Assembly: GCA_047495785.1 (NCBI GenBank) | Contig: JBLDXI010000017.1 | Span: 744,001 to 808,000 of the forward strand | Source of the DNA: Lepidodermella squamata | Lineage: Eukaryota > Animalia > Gastrotricha | Reading direction: 5' to 3' | Length of the DNA stretch: 64,000 nucleotides | In this document: positions 62,333 to 64,000 of the stretch, piece after piece | Position numbering within the stretch: the first letter of the stretch is position 1 | Layout of the letters: each line of letters starts with the position of its first letter | Program-made: the position numbers and the translations under genes | Notes under the pieces: generated by a model | Databases searched by the model: none | Seen by the model: the letters and a program-made list of their open reading frames with translations, nothing else | Told to the model about the DNA's origin: nothing

Positions 62333-64000
62333 TCAAATGTTAGGCAAGTGGTGGTCGTTGGCGCCAGGCCGTTGCTGGCCAATGCCGGCGACCACCATGC
62401 TCTGCTGCGGGCCGCCTTGAATCGGCCCGCCCTGTTTAGCCCTCTGCTGCTGTTGCTGCGCCTGTTGCTGCGCTTGCATTTGAGCTTGCATCTGTTGCTG
62501 CGCCGCGTACTGCGCCTGTTGCGCTTGCGCCGCCATCATAGCCTGATACTGTTGAAATTGCTGTTGCTGCTGTTGTTGATAGATCATCTGAGGCGAGGGT
62601 CCCATCGGCTGTGAATTTGGTGGTTGTGGCGGGTGCTGAAATTTCGCCGGTGGGATGGGCGATGCATTTGAAGGCGGTTGTGTGTAAAATTGACTGTTGT
62701 TATTTGTCAAATGCGGCAGTGAATTGTACTGAAAAAAAACAGCAATTCTCAGGTCAATCTAAGCCTCAGACATCAAGTGCACATCAACTATTGTTTCAAT
62801 TCTCTCTCTCAATTATCAGTACACCTTGATTTGTCCCGTTGACCTAGCTTGCATATTCACGTAATTTCTCATTATAATTATAATTTTTCCTTTCATTTTC
62901 CTCCCAGGTTTGCGTAAGCATTTAACCAATTCGCAAGCGTTTTCTTTCACCGCACCGGCAGGCTATGAAAGCGTCTCATGTGGGCGCGGCTAGAAAAACA
63001 TTCCAAGTCGCTGAGGTAAAGAAAAACTGTTGCGTGACCTAGCTGCGAAAAGTAGAAAAAGCACACGCGTCATCGATTTGCGTTCAACTTTTGAATACCC
63101 AGGCTCCACTTGAAACTCTGTATATAGGCGCTGCACTTGCGCGCGCGCGCCACGGCATGGCTGAAAAATCGGAAATGCGATTGTGATGTGAAAGAAAGGC
63201 TTGCGCTCTTAAGCCAAACATTAAGAGGAGTGGCAACCGTTGTTCGTCGGTTGGTTGGGTGGTTGGTACATTGCGATAATAATAATAAAAATGTTGTGTA
63301 AAATAGATCGATTCAACACGCAACACAGCAGACGCGTTGCTACGGGCGCCAATCGCGCGCGAGTTGCCGTAAACGCAATATAATCGTAACAATTATTATT
63401 CCAACGATACACGTCGTATTATTTTTTCGCTCACGCTCCTGCTATTATGTCAACATTCGAACAGCAGCCATCGTTAATTAAAGCAGCTATGACGAAGCAC
63501 AGGCGGGTGAAGAATTATTACAACGAAATGAGCAGCCGTTCATTATGCGGAAAAAAATTGCAGACAGAGAACATTAACCCCCACTCGAAGAATTGCGTAG
63601 CGGAAGTAGTGCTTCAGCAAATTATACTCGATACGCCGACAATAATTCCGTCACGGAAATTCTACCACAAAGCGCCAAGATTCGGAAACGTAAAAAAAGT
63701 AATGAATGTAAATAAAAGCCGCGCTAGTAACAGATCAAGGTTGTGGTGGACTCAAAAACCCCTAAATACCGTTGTTTCGGATCGTATCAAAGGCGCCTAA
63801 CAAGCAGAAGCCAAGGCCCTGATTGCTAATTGATCGATTGAAGTATTAAACTTACATTATTTAGCCTGGATAGCTGAGCCCGAACTCGATTCATTTGTTG
63901 CTGATTTTGACTCCGGCGTTGCAGCTCAGCAGCAGCCAACGGGTATTGTGCGTAGAAAATTTCTTCGTATTTATCAAAATACGGATGATTGAGCAGCTCT
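62333..64000 (-). CDS. 3' end of a CMGC kinase, CDKL-like; exons >=64000-63856 and 62728-62333, Gln-rich tail
   Basis: ELLNHPYFD is a typical end of kinase subdomain XI. A phase-0 GTAAGT donor at 63855 joins ttttcag|YNSLPHLT. The tail LPHLT...HHLPNI* resembles the CDKL1-type LPQLT...FPNI* ending (recalled). The catalytic domain lies outside the window. Confidence 0.6.

Noticed and set aside
62333-62335. UGA as a selenocysteine codon
   Set aside because: No SECIS-like hairpin was recognised, the context is not a redox motif, and the codon falls at a family-typical C-terminus.

Overview
Eukaryotic, most likely invertebrate animal, genomic DNA with spliceosomal introns; the ORF track is fragmented by these introns. 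Bases 1-13 kb are AT-rich and transposon-rich: Tc1/mariner-type MITEs, a foldback element with long TIRs, and a 5'-truncated LINE with a 10-bp target-site duplication. This part also holds an IRG/IIGP-like GTPase and a secreted double C-type lectin. From about 13.8 to 60.2 kb lies a head-to-tail array of 12 apparently intact Na+/Ca2+-exchanger-like genes (SLC8/NCX, two Calx-beta domains each), all on the + strand. One divergent Cys-loop ligand-gated channel gene sits inside the array and one tRNA-Asn gene lies in an intron. The main result is that the ion-binding alpha-repeats of the array are systematically rewritten: an invariant Asn->His in TM8 (12/12), co-varying Ser->Cys and Ser->Ala changes (the same 8/12 copies), and GN-x-APD motifs in some copies. 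Many copies also have His-rich N-termini without a signal peptide. This suggests a lineage-specific exchanger family with altered substrate or stoichiometry (H+ or soft-metal coupling); that function is inference, not demonstrated. The window ends in the 3' part of a minus-strand CDKL-like kinase gene with a possible UGA-C readthrough extension. Exon boundaries were read by eye, and residue equivalences to canonical NCX come from recalled consensus motifs, not a computed alignment.
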